Source: Deltaproteobacteria bacterium
GTDB lineage: Bacteria > Myxococcota > JACRCW01
Direction of reading: 5' to 3'
DNA length: 20,000 nucleotides
Assembly (NCBI GenBank): GCA_016218805.1
Contig: JACRCW010000159.1
Coordinates: forward strand, 51,634 to 71,633
Shown here: positions 6,927 through 18,600 of the stretch, piece by piece
Layout of the letters: each line of letters opens with the position of its first letter
Position numbering within the stretch: the stretch's first letter is position 1
Made by a program: the position numbers and the translations under genes
Notes under the pieces: generated by a model
Told to the model about the DNA's origin: nothing
Database searches by the model: none
The model's input: only the letters and a program-made list of their open reading frames with translations

Positions 6927-8330
6927 ATGGACACGACAGCGATTCCAGGACGACGGATGGGCCCACTTTCCGGTGCTGAAGGAGCGCGTGGTCAACCGGG
7001 CACCCGGGTGGGCGGCCTGCCACGCCAACGAGCACGCCTGGTCACGTGCATCACCGCTGCGCTGTGTTGCATGGGGGAGGACTGTGGCGACGAAGGGGTC
7101 ACCAACACGGTGATACACGGTGATGGGACGATCGAGCGCTCGGTGGTGCAACGGCGGGTTGCGTTTCCCGTAGACCCCGCGTCCGCGGGTTGGCAGCAGA
7201 TTCGGAACAATGCGACTCCCGCGGACGCTGAGGCGAGTTGGCGGTCCCCGCAGAAGCCTCTTCAGGAAACGAATCTATTTGGCGTCCGGGGGCGCTTCTC
7301 CCGCGCCGAAGACATTCCGGCGCACACGCGACTCGCGAACGGGAGTGCGTATCCTGTTCGACGGAAGTACCAGCGGCGGGCGTTGGTGTTTGCATGGGAA
7401 CACTCGTGGACAGAGACCTTTCCCCAGACGCGTCGCCTGTCGGCAGCCTTGGAGGCTGCGGAAATCATGTACGACGACCGCGTGTGGGAGAATGAAGTAC
7501 TTTTCGATGAGGTGTACGGGCGCGTTTGTGATGCATCTCCCTTCTATCGGTGGGCTCGCACCGAAGGGCGCACGTGGGTGCTTGAGTTGACAACCGCGCT
7601 CCTTGTCGCGGACTTTGACCCGCTTTCCGAAGCGTTTCTCGACGAGTACTTGGCCATTGCGCGGAAGCACGGGTTTGACCCCAGTGCGCAAGGTCCGTTC
7701 AAAGACGCATGGTGGCACCCCGTTTCCCGTTTCGCCCGGACCAGGTTTCTCGCGCTGGCCCGCCCGCGCGGAGACGCCGGACCCGTGTCAGAGGAGATGG
7801 CCTCGCTGGCAGTGGGGGAAGCGGAGGAACCGGACGGTGGGCCGATTGCGGACGCGAGGAAACGTGTCACGGCACGATTCGGCTCACCTCTTGGCTCCAT
7901 TCGAGAGGAACCCTGGGCGCGACTCACTGGAGATCTCGCCTCTTCTCCGTCGACAACGGACACGCTCACCATGCCGGGAATTGTCGTTGAATCAACCGGT
8001 GAGCAGATTGCGCCCAATCGGGTTCGCTGGCGAAGCGGGCGCAAGGAAGCGTGGAGCGCGCGCGGGCTGACCCTGGCCGCGACCTCCCTTGAACCCTCCG
8101 TCTCCGCACAGCGTGCCATGGGCGTGAAGATCACCACGCACGAAGACCTGGTGCGATGGCGCGACCTCTACAATGCGCTCGGGGAAGAAGACGCCGCACG
8201 CGTCGTGCAATCGGTGAAGCAACGTTCGCGCAGACCGTTGCTGGAGTGGTGGCGGTCTCCTGCTTGCGCGCGTGTGCCAGAAGTGGGTGCGGTCCTGGGC
8301 TTCCTGAAGTGGAAGCCTGGCCCCAGGTAG
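6927..8330 (+). CDS. Hypothetical exported protein, possibly a lipoprotein (up to 467 aa; true start may be downstream)
   Basis: Long ORF filling the interval between the B repeats. RQRAR-LVTCITAALCCMGEDC resembles a signal peptide. Many A/T-ending codons compared with neighbours. Possible promoter TTGCCG-N17-CAGGAT at 6877-6905. Confidence 0.7.
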   Translation: MDTTAIPGRRMGPLSGAEGARGQPGTRVGGLPRQRARLVTCITAALCCMGEDCGDEGVTNTVIHGDGTIERSVVQRRVAFPVDPASAGWQQIRNNATPADAEASWRSPQKPLQETNLFGVRGRFSRAEDIPAHTRLANGSAYPVRRKYQRRALVFAWEHSWTETFPQTRRLSAALEAAEIMYDDRVWENEVLFDEVYGRVCDASPFYRWARTEGRTWVLELTTALLVADFDPLSEAFLDEYLAIARKHGFDPSAQGPFKDAWWHPVSRFARTRFLALARPRGDAGPVSEEMASLAVGEAEEPDGGPIADARKRVTARFGSPLGSIREEPWARLTGDLASSPSTTDTLTMPGIVVESTGEQIAPNRVRWRSGRKEAWSARGLTLAATSLEPSVSAQRAMGVKITTHEDLVRWRDLYNALGEEDAARVVQSVKQRSRRPLLEWWRSPACARVPEVGAVLGFLKWKPGPR

Positions 8331-8338
8331 CAGAGCTG

Positions 8339-8416
8339 TCTGCCTCCGCCGTGGTTCTGGCGGGCGCGGTGTGACGCCGTGGCGTGGCCGCGTCAACGCC
8401 CGTTGATGCCGCGCGC
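8339..8416. repeat. Direct repeat B, copy 2
   Basis: Matches 6684-6761. Begins 8 nt after the stop of the 467-aa ORF. Confidence 0.95.
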
Positions 8417-8894
8417 GGCCAGGCGTTCCGTCATCTCAGCGAGGTACCGGCCTTGGGGCCGGAATCGCACAGATTGCACAGCTCAGCCATCCGGAGCGCA
8501 CGTTGGACGTCGTAGCAGTGGGGCAATGCGGCGGCCGCTACCAGGTGTTTCCGTCGACATACCCATCCAGCCGCAGGGTGAGAAGCCACCGCGCACCATC
8601 TTGTCGACGGATCTCGCCATTCCATCTTCTATCCAGCCGGTGCGCTTGCCGTGGCAGTGGTGGCGGCCGTAGCACGACGTTGACACCCACCACCCAAGGA
8701 GACGCCAGGGCGACCCGTTCGGGCTGTCAAGTTCAACCTCGCCACCGCCATTGCGGCGCTGCCGGATGAAGCGCGTCTCAAGGACCCCGGCCTCCGGGCA
8801 GACATCTACCGCGGTGAGGCGAGCGCCAGCGCCCTCAACGCCAAGGCGCAGCGCAGCAAGTTCCTCCCGTGCCGGGGTTCTCCGTCAGCCACGT

Positions 8895-9062
8895 GCGGAA
8901 CAGCCGCCCCTCCTGGTCAACCAGCGTGAAGACCGGCATGAACGCCACCGCGATGACCAGTGGCGAGAAGAACACGCCGGGCCCCACCTCCAGCAGTGCC
9001 TCCAGTCTCACGTCGTGGAAATCACCCATACGGCCCCCGGCAATCCAATGGTGGCAGCGGTT
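8895..9062 (-). pseudogene. Internal fragment of a CusA/CzcA heavy-metal RND efflux permease
   Basis: HHWIAGGRMGDFHDVRLEALLEVGPGVFFSPLVIAVAFMPVFTLVDQEGRLFR resembles the CusA TM5-6 signature (EVGPxxFFSLLVIxxxFxPxFxLxxQEGRLF). Only ~55 codons of a protein normally >1000 aa. Confidence 0.8.
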
Positions 9063-9065
9063 CAC

Positions 9066-9490
9066 CGGCTCCGGCGCGCTGTGGAAGCTGTGGGGCAACG
9101 AGGTCCTGGTGGCCCCGCTCATCGTCCCCAAGGTGTGCCCCACCGGCCTGGTGCGTGACGCCAACGGCGACCTCGTGCGTGCGTGGCGCTGAGGCTGGAC
9201 TCGTGGGACTGGTTTGCCGCGGAACGCCAGGACATCCTCACGCGCTTGTGGCAGGGCAACGTCCGCAACCTGCTGGTGCTCACCGGTGACCTGCGTTCCA
9301 CCATCATGGCGTCCGCCTATTGACCCCGAGCTCGCCTGGACAGTGAACGCTGGGGTCACGGCGTGCTCGCAGCGGCGCCACGTGTGAGGTGGTGCAAGTG
9401 GACAAGAGCCTGGACGCAGACCCCGCCGAAGTGCTGGTGGTGCGGCAGGTGGCGGTGGACGCGGGCAGCACCGTGGTGCGCAACCTCTGA
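9066..9490 (+). pseudogene. C-terminal fragment of a PhoD-type alkaline phosphatase, multiply frameshifted
   Basis: Across frames: SGALWKLWGNEVLVAP; LDSWDWFAAERQDILTRLWQGNVRNLLVLTGDLRS (compare PhoD DxWDGY.xER...NxVVLTGDxH); GHGVL; VAVDAGSTVVRNL* with stop at 9488-9490. Confidence 0.75.
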
Positions 9491-9604
9491 TTGTCCCTGG
9501 GCCACCTCAGAACGCGCACGGGATGACCCGCATCACGCCGGGCCCGTCCACGCTCGTGATAGCGTCTGCGCCCCCGGATCCCCCGGTCCTACTGGGAGAC
9601 GCTG

Positions 9605-12600
9605 ATGGCCCTCCTGCGCGCGCTTGTCATTCCCCGCCCTGTTCTTGCGTTCCCCTCCGCCCTGTTCTGCGCTTGCCTATCCACGCTGGCGTGCCACAAC
9701 GCGGCCACGTCCTCCACCGTGACTCCGGCTCCCGCGCCCGCTGCCGCTCCGGCGGAACTTCCCGACGTGATGCGCCGCGCGCACTTCGCCTTCCATCCGG
9801 TTGGCGTGGCGGATTGGTCAGGCGGAGGCACGCACTACCAGGTGGACGTCCACCAGGGCGGTATCCGGTTCACGCCCGGGGTGTCGGAGGGCGGAGGTTC
9901 CTTCACCGCGGGACCGCCGCTGGAGCTGGAGACCCGGGGCGTGCGTCGCGGAGCGCGCGAGCGCCTGCTGGACGTGCCCGCGGCGCGCGGTGACGGCGAA
10001 GGCAGCCTGCGGATCTCCCGCGACGACGCCGAGGAGGTGCTGCAGAACACCGCGGACGGGCTGTGGCAGCGCTGGGAATGGACCACGGAGCCCGACGGCG
10101 ACGGTGACCTGGAGGTCACGGTGGCGGCCAGCGGGTTGCCATATGCCGGCACATCCGACGAGGCGGTTCACTTCCGCGACCCGGGGTCGCCGGTGGGCGT
10201 GCGCTACTCGCATGCGACGTGGATTGACGCCGACGGGAACCGGACCCGCATTGAGGCCCGCTGGGATCACGGACACATTGCCCTGGTGGTTCCCGCGGCG
10301 GTGTTGTCCGCATCCGCGTATCCGGCGGTGCTGGACCCGGTGGTGGGCCCGGAGGTGGCCGCGGACGCGGGTGCGGTGGTCGTCAGTGCGTCCGGCACGG
10401 CCGTCAGCGGGCCCCTGCTCGCGTACGGCGCTTCCACCTACCTGGCCATCTGGAACGACTCCCGGTTCGGCTACACCACGACGATGGGGGCGCGCTTCAA
10501 CGCCGCCGGCACGGCGTTGGATCCCACCGGTTTTGTCATTGGGCGGTTGGCGGAAACACTGGCGTTTGACGGGACCAACTTCCAGGTTGCGTACGCGGAC
10601 TACAATACCGGTCTGTACGGGTACCGGATCACCCCGGCCGGCGTCATCGACGGCAGCGTGTACACCCTCAATACCGCGCTTTACATGCAATACCCGCGCA
10701 TGGCGTGCCAGGCGGCAACGCAGTGCCTGGTGGTCTACCGGAAGCTCAACACGGGCAACTTCCGGTACGAAACCTGGGGCCATCGCATCAATCTGAATGC
10801 CACGCCGCTGGGCAGCGCGTTCGCCATCTATGTGTTGAACAGCACCAATTCTCACGACGTCGCCTTTGATGGCACCAATTACGGGATTGCCATTGAGCGG
10901 CAATACGCGTCCGGCGGTATTGTCCTTGGGCAGCGTGTCTCTACCGCGGGCACGCTGGTGGGTACGGAAGTCAACATCTCCACCGTGACGCCCACGGTGG
11001 CCCAGGCGTCTGTGCCCCGGATTGCGTACGGGGGAGGGAAGTACCTGGTGGCGTGGCAGGACAACCGCGCCGGCAGTGCCAGCGGGCCGTTTGACATCTA
11101 CGGCGCGTTCTACGGCACCGACGGGACCGTGGGCGCCAACGTCCAGCTCGGCAACGCCGCGGGCGGCGAACAGGTCACGCCGGTGGTGTCCGGTGACGCG
11201 GCCAACTTCTTGGTGGCGTGGAACCACCTCCGGCCGGACGGGAAGAACGAGGTCTGGGCCAACCGCCGCCGCGTATCCGATGGCGCGCTGCTGGACGGGA
11301 CGGGCGTGCTGCTGGTGGGCGCCGCGGGTGCGGATAACTCGGTTTCGGCGACTGTCTATGACAGCACCGGACACGCGCTGGGATTCCGTGCCACGCCGGC
11401 GTTGTCCACCAACCAGGACAACTACCTGGCCCGCTACAACACGGGCGGCGCGGCCCTGGCGCTGCGGGACGCTGCGCCCCTGCTGATGACGACGTCCGGC
11501 AACCGGCAGGTGGTGCCGGATGTGGCGTATGACTCGGTCAACGCGTTGTATCTGGCGGTGTGGCAGGACACGCGGCTGGGAGCCTCCAATCTGTACGGGG
11601 CACGCTTTGACAGCGGCGGTGCGTTGCTGGACGCCGCGGCGTTCCTCATTGCGCAGGGCGCCGGTTCCCGGGACAAGCCGCGCCTGGCGTTTGACGCCGC
11701 CAGCGGACGGTTCCTGGTGGTGTGGGAGGACAACCGCAACGGCGCCTGGGACATCTACGGGGGCCGCCTCACGTCGCCTGCCAGCCCCACGCTTCCAACG
11801 CTGGTGGACACCAGCGCGGGGTTCCTGGTCTCCAGCAACGGCGCCGGCGTGCCCGCCGCCAACAACCAGATCACGCCGGACCTGGTGCTGGCGCCCTCCA
11901 CCGGCCGGATGCTGGTGGTCTGGAGCGATGGACGCACCGGGTCGGACATCTACGGTACCCGGGTGGACATGACCGCGGCCTCGCCCGTGGTGGACCTCAC
12001 CGGCAAGGTCCTGGTTGACACGGCGGCGGTGTCCCTGATCCTGCCCCGCATTGCGCACGAAGGCCCCAACTCGCTGCTGGTATGGGTGGATTATTGGGGT
12101 GATAAGATCGACGCGGCGCGTTTTGACGCCAGCCTCACCAAGATCGCCGCTTCGGACCTCACGGTGGACACAGTGGTTCGCAGCTACACGCGTCCGTCCG
12201 TGTCGTTCGGCGGGGGCGCCTATATCGTGGCGTGGGAGAACTCCAGCTTGCGCATCAACGCGGCGCGCATCACCGCGGCCGGCGTGCTCTCCGGCGTGCA
12301 ACGGGACGTCTGGTACAGCGGCGTGGTCAGCCCGACCTCACCGGACGTTTCATTTGATGGCACCTACCACGTGGTCCTGTTTGAATACGCGGCTTCCACT
12401 ACCAGTTCACGTGACGTGCTTGCGGGACGCGTCCGCGCCACCGGCTCCATCAAGGACAGCACACCCCTGTCCATTGCGGCTGGCGCGGGCATTGACGAGG
12501 GTTTCCCCGCCGTCGGTTCCACCAACACCAACACGCGCCGGTCGCTCGTCGTGTATTCCCGGTATGACAGCAGCGCCGCCGTGCGCGCGCTGCGGGCGCA

Positions 12601-15600
12601 GGCCCGGACGTTCCTCTCCAACGACCGACCCGCCGCCGCAACACCGCAGGCATTCTCCGTCAACGAGGACGCCGCCGGCAGCTTCACCGTGGTGTGCACC
12701 GATGGCGACAGCGACCCACTCACGTGGGCCAAGCTGACGGATCCCACCAACGCTTCGGTGTTCACGTGGACCGGGCCCGGCTTCAACTACACGGGCAACG
12801 CCAACTACTTTGGCACTGACACGTTCACGGTGCGCTGCAGCGACGCGTTTGAAAGCGCGCCGACCACCACCGTGAACCTCACCATCAACTCCGTCAACGA
12901 CGCGCCGTCCTTCACCAAGGGCGCGGACCAGGTGATCAACGAGGACGCGGGCGCGCAGACGGTGGCGAATTGGGCCACCGCGATCAGCGTGGGCCCGGCC
13001 AACGAGTCAGCGCAGACCCTCTCCTTCACCGTCACCAACACCAACACCGCGCTGTTCTCAGTGCAGCCGGCGGTGAGCGCCGCCGGGACCCTCACGTACA
13101 CCGCCGTGGCCAACGCCTATGGCATGGCCACGGTGAGCGTGCGCGCAGTGGACACCGGCGGCACCGCCAATGGCGGCCAGAACCAGTCACCCATCCAGAC
13201 GTTCACCATCACGGTGAATCAGGTCAATGACGTGCCCTCCTTCACCAGGGGCGCAGACCAGGTGGTGAACGAGGACGCCGGCGCGTTGACCGTCGTCGGT
13301 TGGGCCACCGCCCTCAGCCCTGGTCCTGCCAATGAGAGCGGGCAAACCCTCACATTCACTGTGTCCAATGACAACAACGGGCTGTTTGCCGTGCAGCCGG
13401 TCATCAGTTCTGCCGGCGTGCTGTTGTACACGCCGCTGGCCAACGCCAACGGAACCGCGGTGGTCACCGTCACCCTGTCCGACAACGGCGGCGTGGCCAA
13501 CGGGGGTGTGGATACCTCGGCAGCGCAGACGTTCAACATCACGGTGAGCGCCGTCAATGACGCGCCGTCCTTCCTCAAGGGCGCCAACCAGGCGGTGACG
13601 GAGGACAGTGGCACCACCACCGTTGCCAACTGGGCCACTGCGCGCTCCGCCGGGCCCGCCAATGAAAGCGGTCAGACGCTGACGTTCATCCTGGCCAATG
13701 ACAACAATGCGCTGTTTTCCGTGCAGCCCGCCGTCAGCCCGGCGGGTACCCTCACATTCACGCCGGCGGCCAACGCCAGCGGCACGGCCAACCTCACCGT
13801 GTACGTCCAGGACAACGGCGGCGTTGCCAACGGTGGCGTGGATGTTTCGCCCACGCAGTCCTTCACCGTGGCGGTGTCCGCGCTGAATGACGCGCCCGTG
13901 ATCACCACGCCGGCGGGAGCCCAGACAGTGAACGAGGACACCGCGCTCATCTTCAGCGGCGCACGCCTGGTGTCCGTTGCCGACGTGGACGTGGCATCCG
14001 GCAGTCTGCAGGTCACGCTCATTGCCACCAACGGCACGGCGTCATTGTCCGGCATTGTTGGACTTGTCTTTTCTACCGGTACCGGCACCAATGACGCCAC
14101 CATGACGTTCACCGGCGCCCTGGCCGACGTGAACACCGCGCTCAACGGCATGGCGTTCACGGGCACACCGCTCCACTACAACGGCGCCGCACAACTGGAC
14201 CTCACCGTGGATGACCAGGGGAACACGCCCGCGCCCGCGCAACAGGGCACCGCGTCCATCCCCGTCTCCACCAACGCCGTGAATGACGCGCCGGTGAACA
14301 ACGTCCCCGCCGCGGGGCAAAGCACGCCCCAGAACACGGACCTGGTGTTCAATACGGCCAACGGCAACCGCATCTACGTCCAGGACGTGGACCACGGCGG
14401 GCTGACCGAACAGGTCCACCTCACCGTCCTCTACGGCTACCTCACGCTGGCCTCCACCACCGGCATCAACTTTGACACCGGCGTGGACGGGTCCGCGGAC
14501 CTGACCATCAGCGGGACGGTCAACAACCTCAACGCCGCGCTCAACGGGATGCGCTATTCGCCCAACACCGGCTACACCGGGCCGGACACGCTCACCGTGG
14601 ACACCAGTGACCTGGGCCGCACGGGCTCCGGCGGCGTCAGGACGGACCTGGACACCGTGGGCATCACCGTGTTGGCGCCCAACCTCCCGCCGGTGAACAC
14701 GGTTCCCGCGGCGCAGTCCACCAACGAGGACACCAGCCTCGCTTTCTCCACCGCCGGCGGAAACCGCATTGCGCTCAGTGACCCGGATGCCGCGTCCGCC
14801 ACCGTGGAACTCGCGCTGACCGCAACCAACGGCGTCCTCAAGCTGTTCACGACGACGGGAATCACGTTCCAGTCCGGCGCGGATGACACCGCGGCCATGA
14901 CGCTGCGCGGGACGCTCCTTGCACTCAACGCCGCGCTGGACGGGATGCTGTTCAAGCCCACCGCGCAGTTTTCTGGTGGCGCCAGCGTCTCACTGGTCAC
15001 GGATGATCTCGGGAACACCGGGACCGGCGGCGCCAAACAGGACAGCGACACGGTGACCATCACCGTGAACGCGGTGAATGACGCGCCCATCATTTCCGAC
15101 ATTGCGGACCAGTCCACCAACGAGGACACGGCCACCGGCGCCCTGGCGTTCACCGTGACGGATCTTGACACCGCGCTCGCCAGCGTCACCGCCACGGGTA
15201 CGTCCTCCAACACCACGCTGGTGCCCAACGGGAGCATCGTGTTCGGCGGCGGCAGCGGGGCCAACCGCAACGTCACCGTCACGCCCGCACCCGGTGAAGC
15301 GGGCTCCACCACCCTCACCGTGACCCTTTCGGACGGCGCCGGCGGCACGGCGAGTGACACGTTTGTCCTCACCGTGAACGCGGTGAATGACGCACCGACG
15401 ATCTCCGACATTCCCGACCAGTCCACCAACGAGGACACCGCGAGCAGCGCCATCGCGTTCACCGTGGGTGACGCGGACACCGCGCTCACCAGCGTCACCG
15501 CGACCGGGACGTCTTCCAACACGGCGCTGGTGCCCAACGGCAACATCATGTTCGGCGGCGGCAGTGGCGCGGCGCGGACGGTGACCCTCACGCCGGTGGC

Positions 15601-18600
15601 CAACCAGTCCGGCACCACCACCCTCACCATCACCCTTGCGGACGGCGCCGGTGGCACGGCCAGTGACACGTTTGTCCTCACCGTGAACGCGGTGAATGAC
15701 GCGCCCACCATTTCAGACATTGCGGATCAGTCCACCAATGAGGACACGGCCACGGCCGCCCTTGCGTTCAATGTGACGGATCTTGACACCGCGCTCACCA
15801 GCGTCACGGCCACCGGCAGCTCGTCAGACCCGGCGCTGGTGCCCAATGGCAGCATCGTGTTTGGCGGCGGCACGGGCGCGGCGCGGACGGTGACGGTGAC
15901 CCCGGCGGCGGGACAGTCCGGAACGGTCACCATCACGGTGACACTGGCGGACGGCGCCGGCGGCACTGCGTCAGACGCATTCCAATTGACGGTGAACGCG
16001 GTGAATGACCCACCCACCATCTCCAACATCCTGGATCAATCCACCAACGAGGACGTACCCACCGCGGCCATTGGTTTCACCATTGCGGATCCAGACCACG
16101 CGGCCGGCGTGCTGGTGCCCACCGCCACGTCCTCCAACCCCACGCTGCTGCCGGATTCGCGCATCACGTTGGGCGGTACGGACGGCAACCGCACCATCAC
16201 GCTGGCGCCCGCAGCGGACCAATCCGGCACCTCCACCATCACGGTGACCATCTCAGACGGTGTGGGCGGGACCGTCCAGGACAACTTTGTGCTCACCGTG
16301 AACGCCGTGAATGACGCCCCCGTCATCAGCGCCATCACGGACACCTCCGTTGACGAAGACCTCAGCACCGGTGCCATCGCGTTCACGCTGGCCGACGTTG
16401 ACAACGCGGTGTCTGGCCTGACCCTCGCCGCGGCATCGGACAACCCGACGCTGTTGCCGGCGGGGAGCATGGTGCTAGGCGGGAGCGGGAGCGCGCGCAC
16501 GGTCACGGTCACCCCGGCGGCCAACATGTCCGGGACTGCCGTGGTCACCCTCACCGTTTCCGACGGAAGCGGCGGCTCCGCAGTGGAGTCCTTCACGCTG
16601 GTGGTGAACGCCGTGAACGACGCGCCTGTGATCAGCGCCATTGGAGATGTGGGAATCCAGGAGGACACGCCCAGCGTTCCCACCGCGTTCACACTGAATG
16701 ATGCGGAGACCCCCGCGGCCAACCTCGTGCTGACGGTGGCTTCGTCAGACCTGGGGGTGGTGCCGGTGGCCGGTGTGGTGATCTCGGGCACCGGGGGGTC
16801 GCGCATGGTGGAGGTGACCCCCGCGACCAACGCGTCCGGTACGTCCACTGTCACCGTGACCGTGACGGACGGCGCCGGCGCTTCGTCGTCGGAGAGCTTC
16901 CTGGTCACGGTCAACGCCGTGGATGACACGCCGGTGATCTCCGCCATCAGTGACCAGGGCATTGCGTTGAATACCAGCACCGGCGCACTGTCCTTCACGG
17001 TGGGCGATGTGGAGACCCCGGCGGCGAGCCTGCAGTTGTCCGCGAGTTCCTCCAACACAGCGCTGATTCCGGTATCTGCCGTGGTGTTCGGCGGCGGCGG
17101 TTCCGCGCGCACGGTCACCGTCACGCCGACGGCCGGTCAGACCGGCAGTGCCACCGTTACCATCACCGTGTCGGACGGCGCGCTCACCGCGTCGGAGGTG
17201 TTCGTCGTGTCGGTCAGCGCCAACGTCCCGCCGACAATCTCCGACGTGGTTGACCAGTCCACGACGGAGGACGCCGCGCCGTTGACGGTGTCTTTCACGG
17301 TGGGTGACGCGGAGACGCCCGTTGACAGCCTCACCATGGAAGCGGTGTCATCCGATCCGGCGCTGATTCCCGTGGAAAACATCACCTTTGGTGGCAGCGG
17401 TTCCGCGCGCTCAGTCACCCTGGCTCCGCTGGCCAACGCGAATGGCACGGCGACCATCACCTTGACGGTGCGCGACGACGACGGCGGTACGGGGAATGAC
17501 TCGTTCATCCTCACCGTGAGCGCGCTGAACGATGCGCCCACCGTGTCCACCATTCCGGCCACCGTGACCAACGAGGACAGCCCCACTGCGCCGCTTGCCT
17601 TCACCGTGGGTGACGTTGAAACCACGGCGGGGAGCCTGCTGGTGACCGCCACGTCGTCGGACCAGGCGCTGCTGCCGGACGGAAACATCACGCTCAGCGG
17701 CAGCGGGTCCAACCGCACGGTGACGCTGGCCCCGGCCCCCAACCGCTCCGGCACCTGCACGGTGACCCTGGTTGTTTCTGACGGCAACCAGACGACGGCG
17801 ACCACGTTCACGTTCACCGTCAACGCGCTGGCGGACGCACCCACCGTGGGCGCGCTGGCAGACCGGACCACCGACGAGGATGCGGCACCGCTTCAGGTGG
17901 ACCTTGCCGTGGGTGACGCTGAAACGCCGGCAGGCAGCCTGGTGGTCACGGTGACCTCGTCAAACGGGGCGGTCGTGGCGCCCGCGGGCATCACGCTGGG
18001 CGGGTCCGGCGCGGCGCGCACGGTCACCCTGGCCACGCTGGCGGACGCCAACGGGACCACCACCATCACGGTCACCGTGTCAGACGGAACGTTGTCCACC
18101 AGCGAGGAGTTTGTGCTCACGGTCAACGCGGTGAATGACCCGCCGGTGGCGCAGGCGCAGTCCGTTGCCACCACGCGGGACACCGGTGTGGCGGTGGCCC
18201 TGGTGGCAACCGACGTGGATGGGGACCCGCTGACGTATTCCATTCCCACCCCCCCGGTGAACGGCACGCTGTCCGGAGCCGCGCCCAACCTGGCCTATCA
18301 GCCCAACGCGGGTTTTGTGGGCGCGGATTCACTCCAATTCTCCGTGACGGATTCCGGCGGCCTGACCAGCACCGCCGCCGTGTCCATCACGGTGCGGGCG
18401 ACCAACACGCGGCCGGTGGCAACACCGCAGGTGGCCGGTGTGACGGAAGACGTGGCGGCCGCCATCCTGTTGACGGGCAGTGACCCGGACGGGGACACGC
18501 TGGTGTATTCCGTCGTTGTCAATCCGCGGCACGGCACGCTCACCGGGACGCCACCAGACCTGCAGTACCTGCCGGAAGCGGATTACAGCGGGCTGGATGA

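Noticed and set aside
6683..6934. N-terminal extension of the dehydrogenase (368 aa call)
   Set aside because: The Rossmann motif begins right after ATG 6682, which has GGAGG; the extension crosses the repeat boundary.
8834..8860. CTCAACGCCAAGGCGCAGCGCAGCAAG, reminiscent of short purine-rich intergenic repeats
   Set aside because: Single degenerate occurrence; cannot be supported from this window.
8835..9359. 174-aa ORF as a functional efflux protein
   Set aside because: Only ~55 codons are CusA-like; the rest is antisense to the PhoD remnant.
15077..18134. CRISPR-like or DGR-like periodic repeats
   Set aside because: The period is ~300 nt, in frame and coding. No spacer structure, cas genes, reverse transcriptase or adenine-specific variation was seen.
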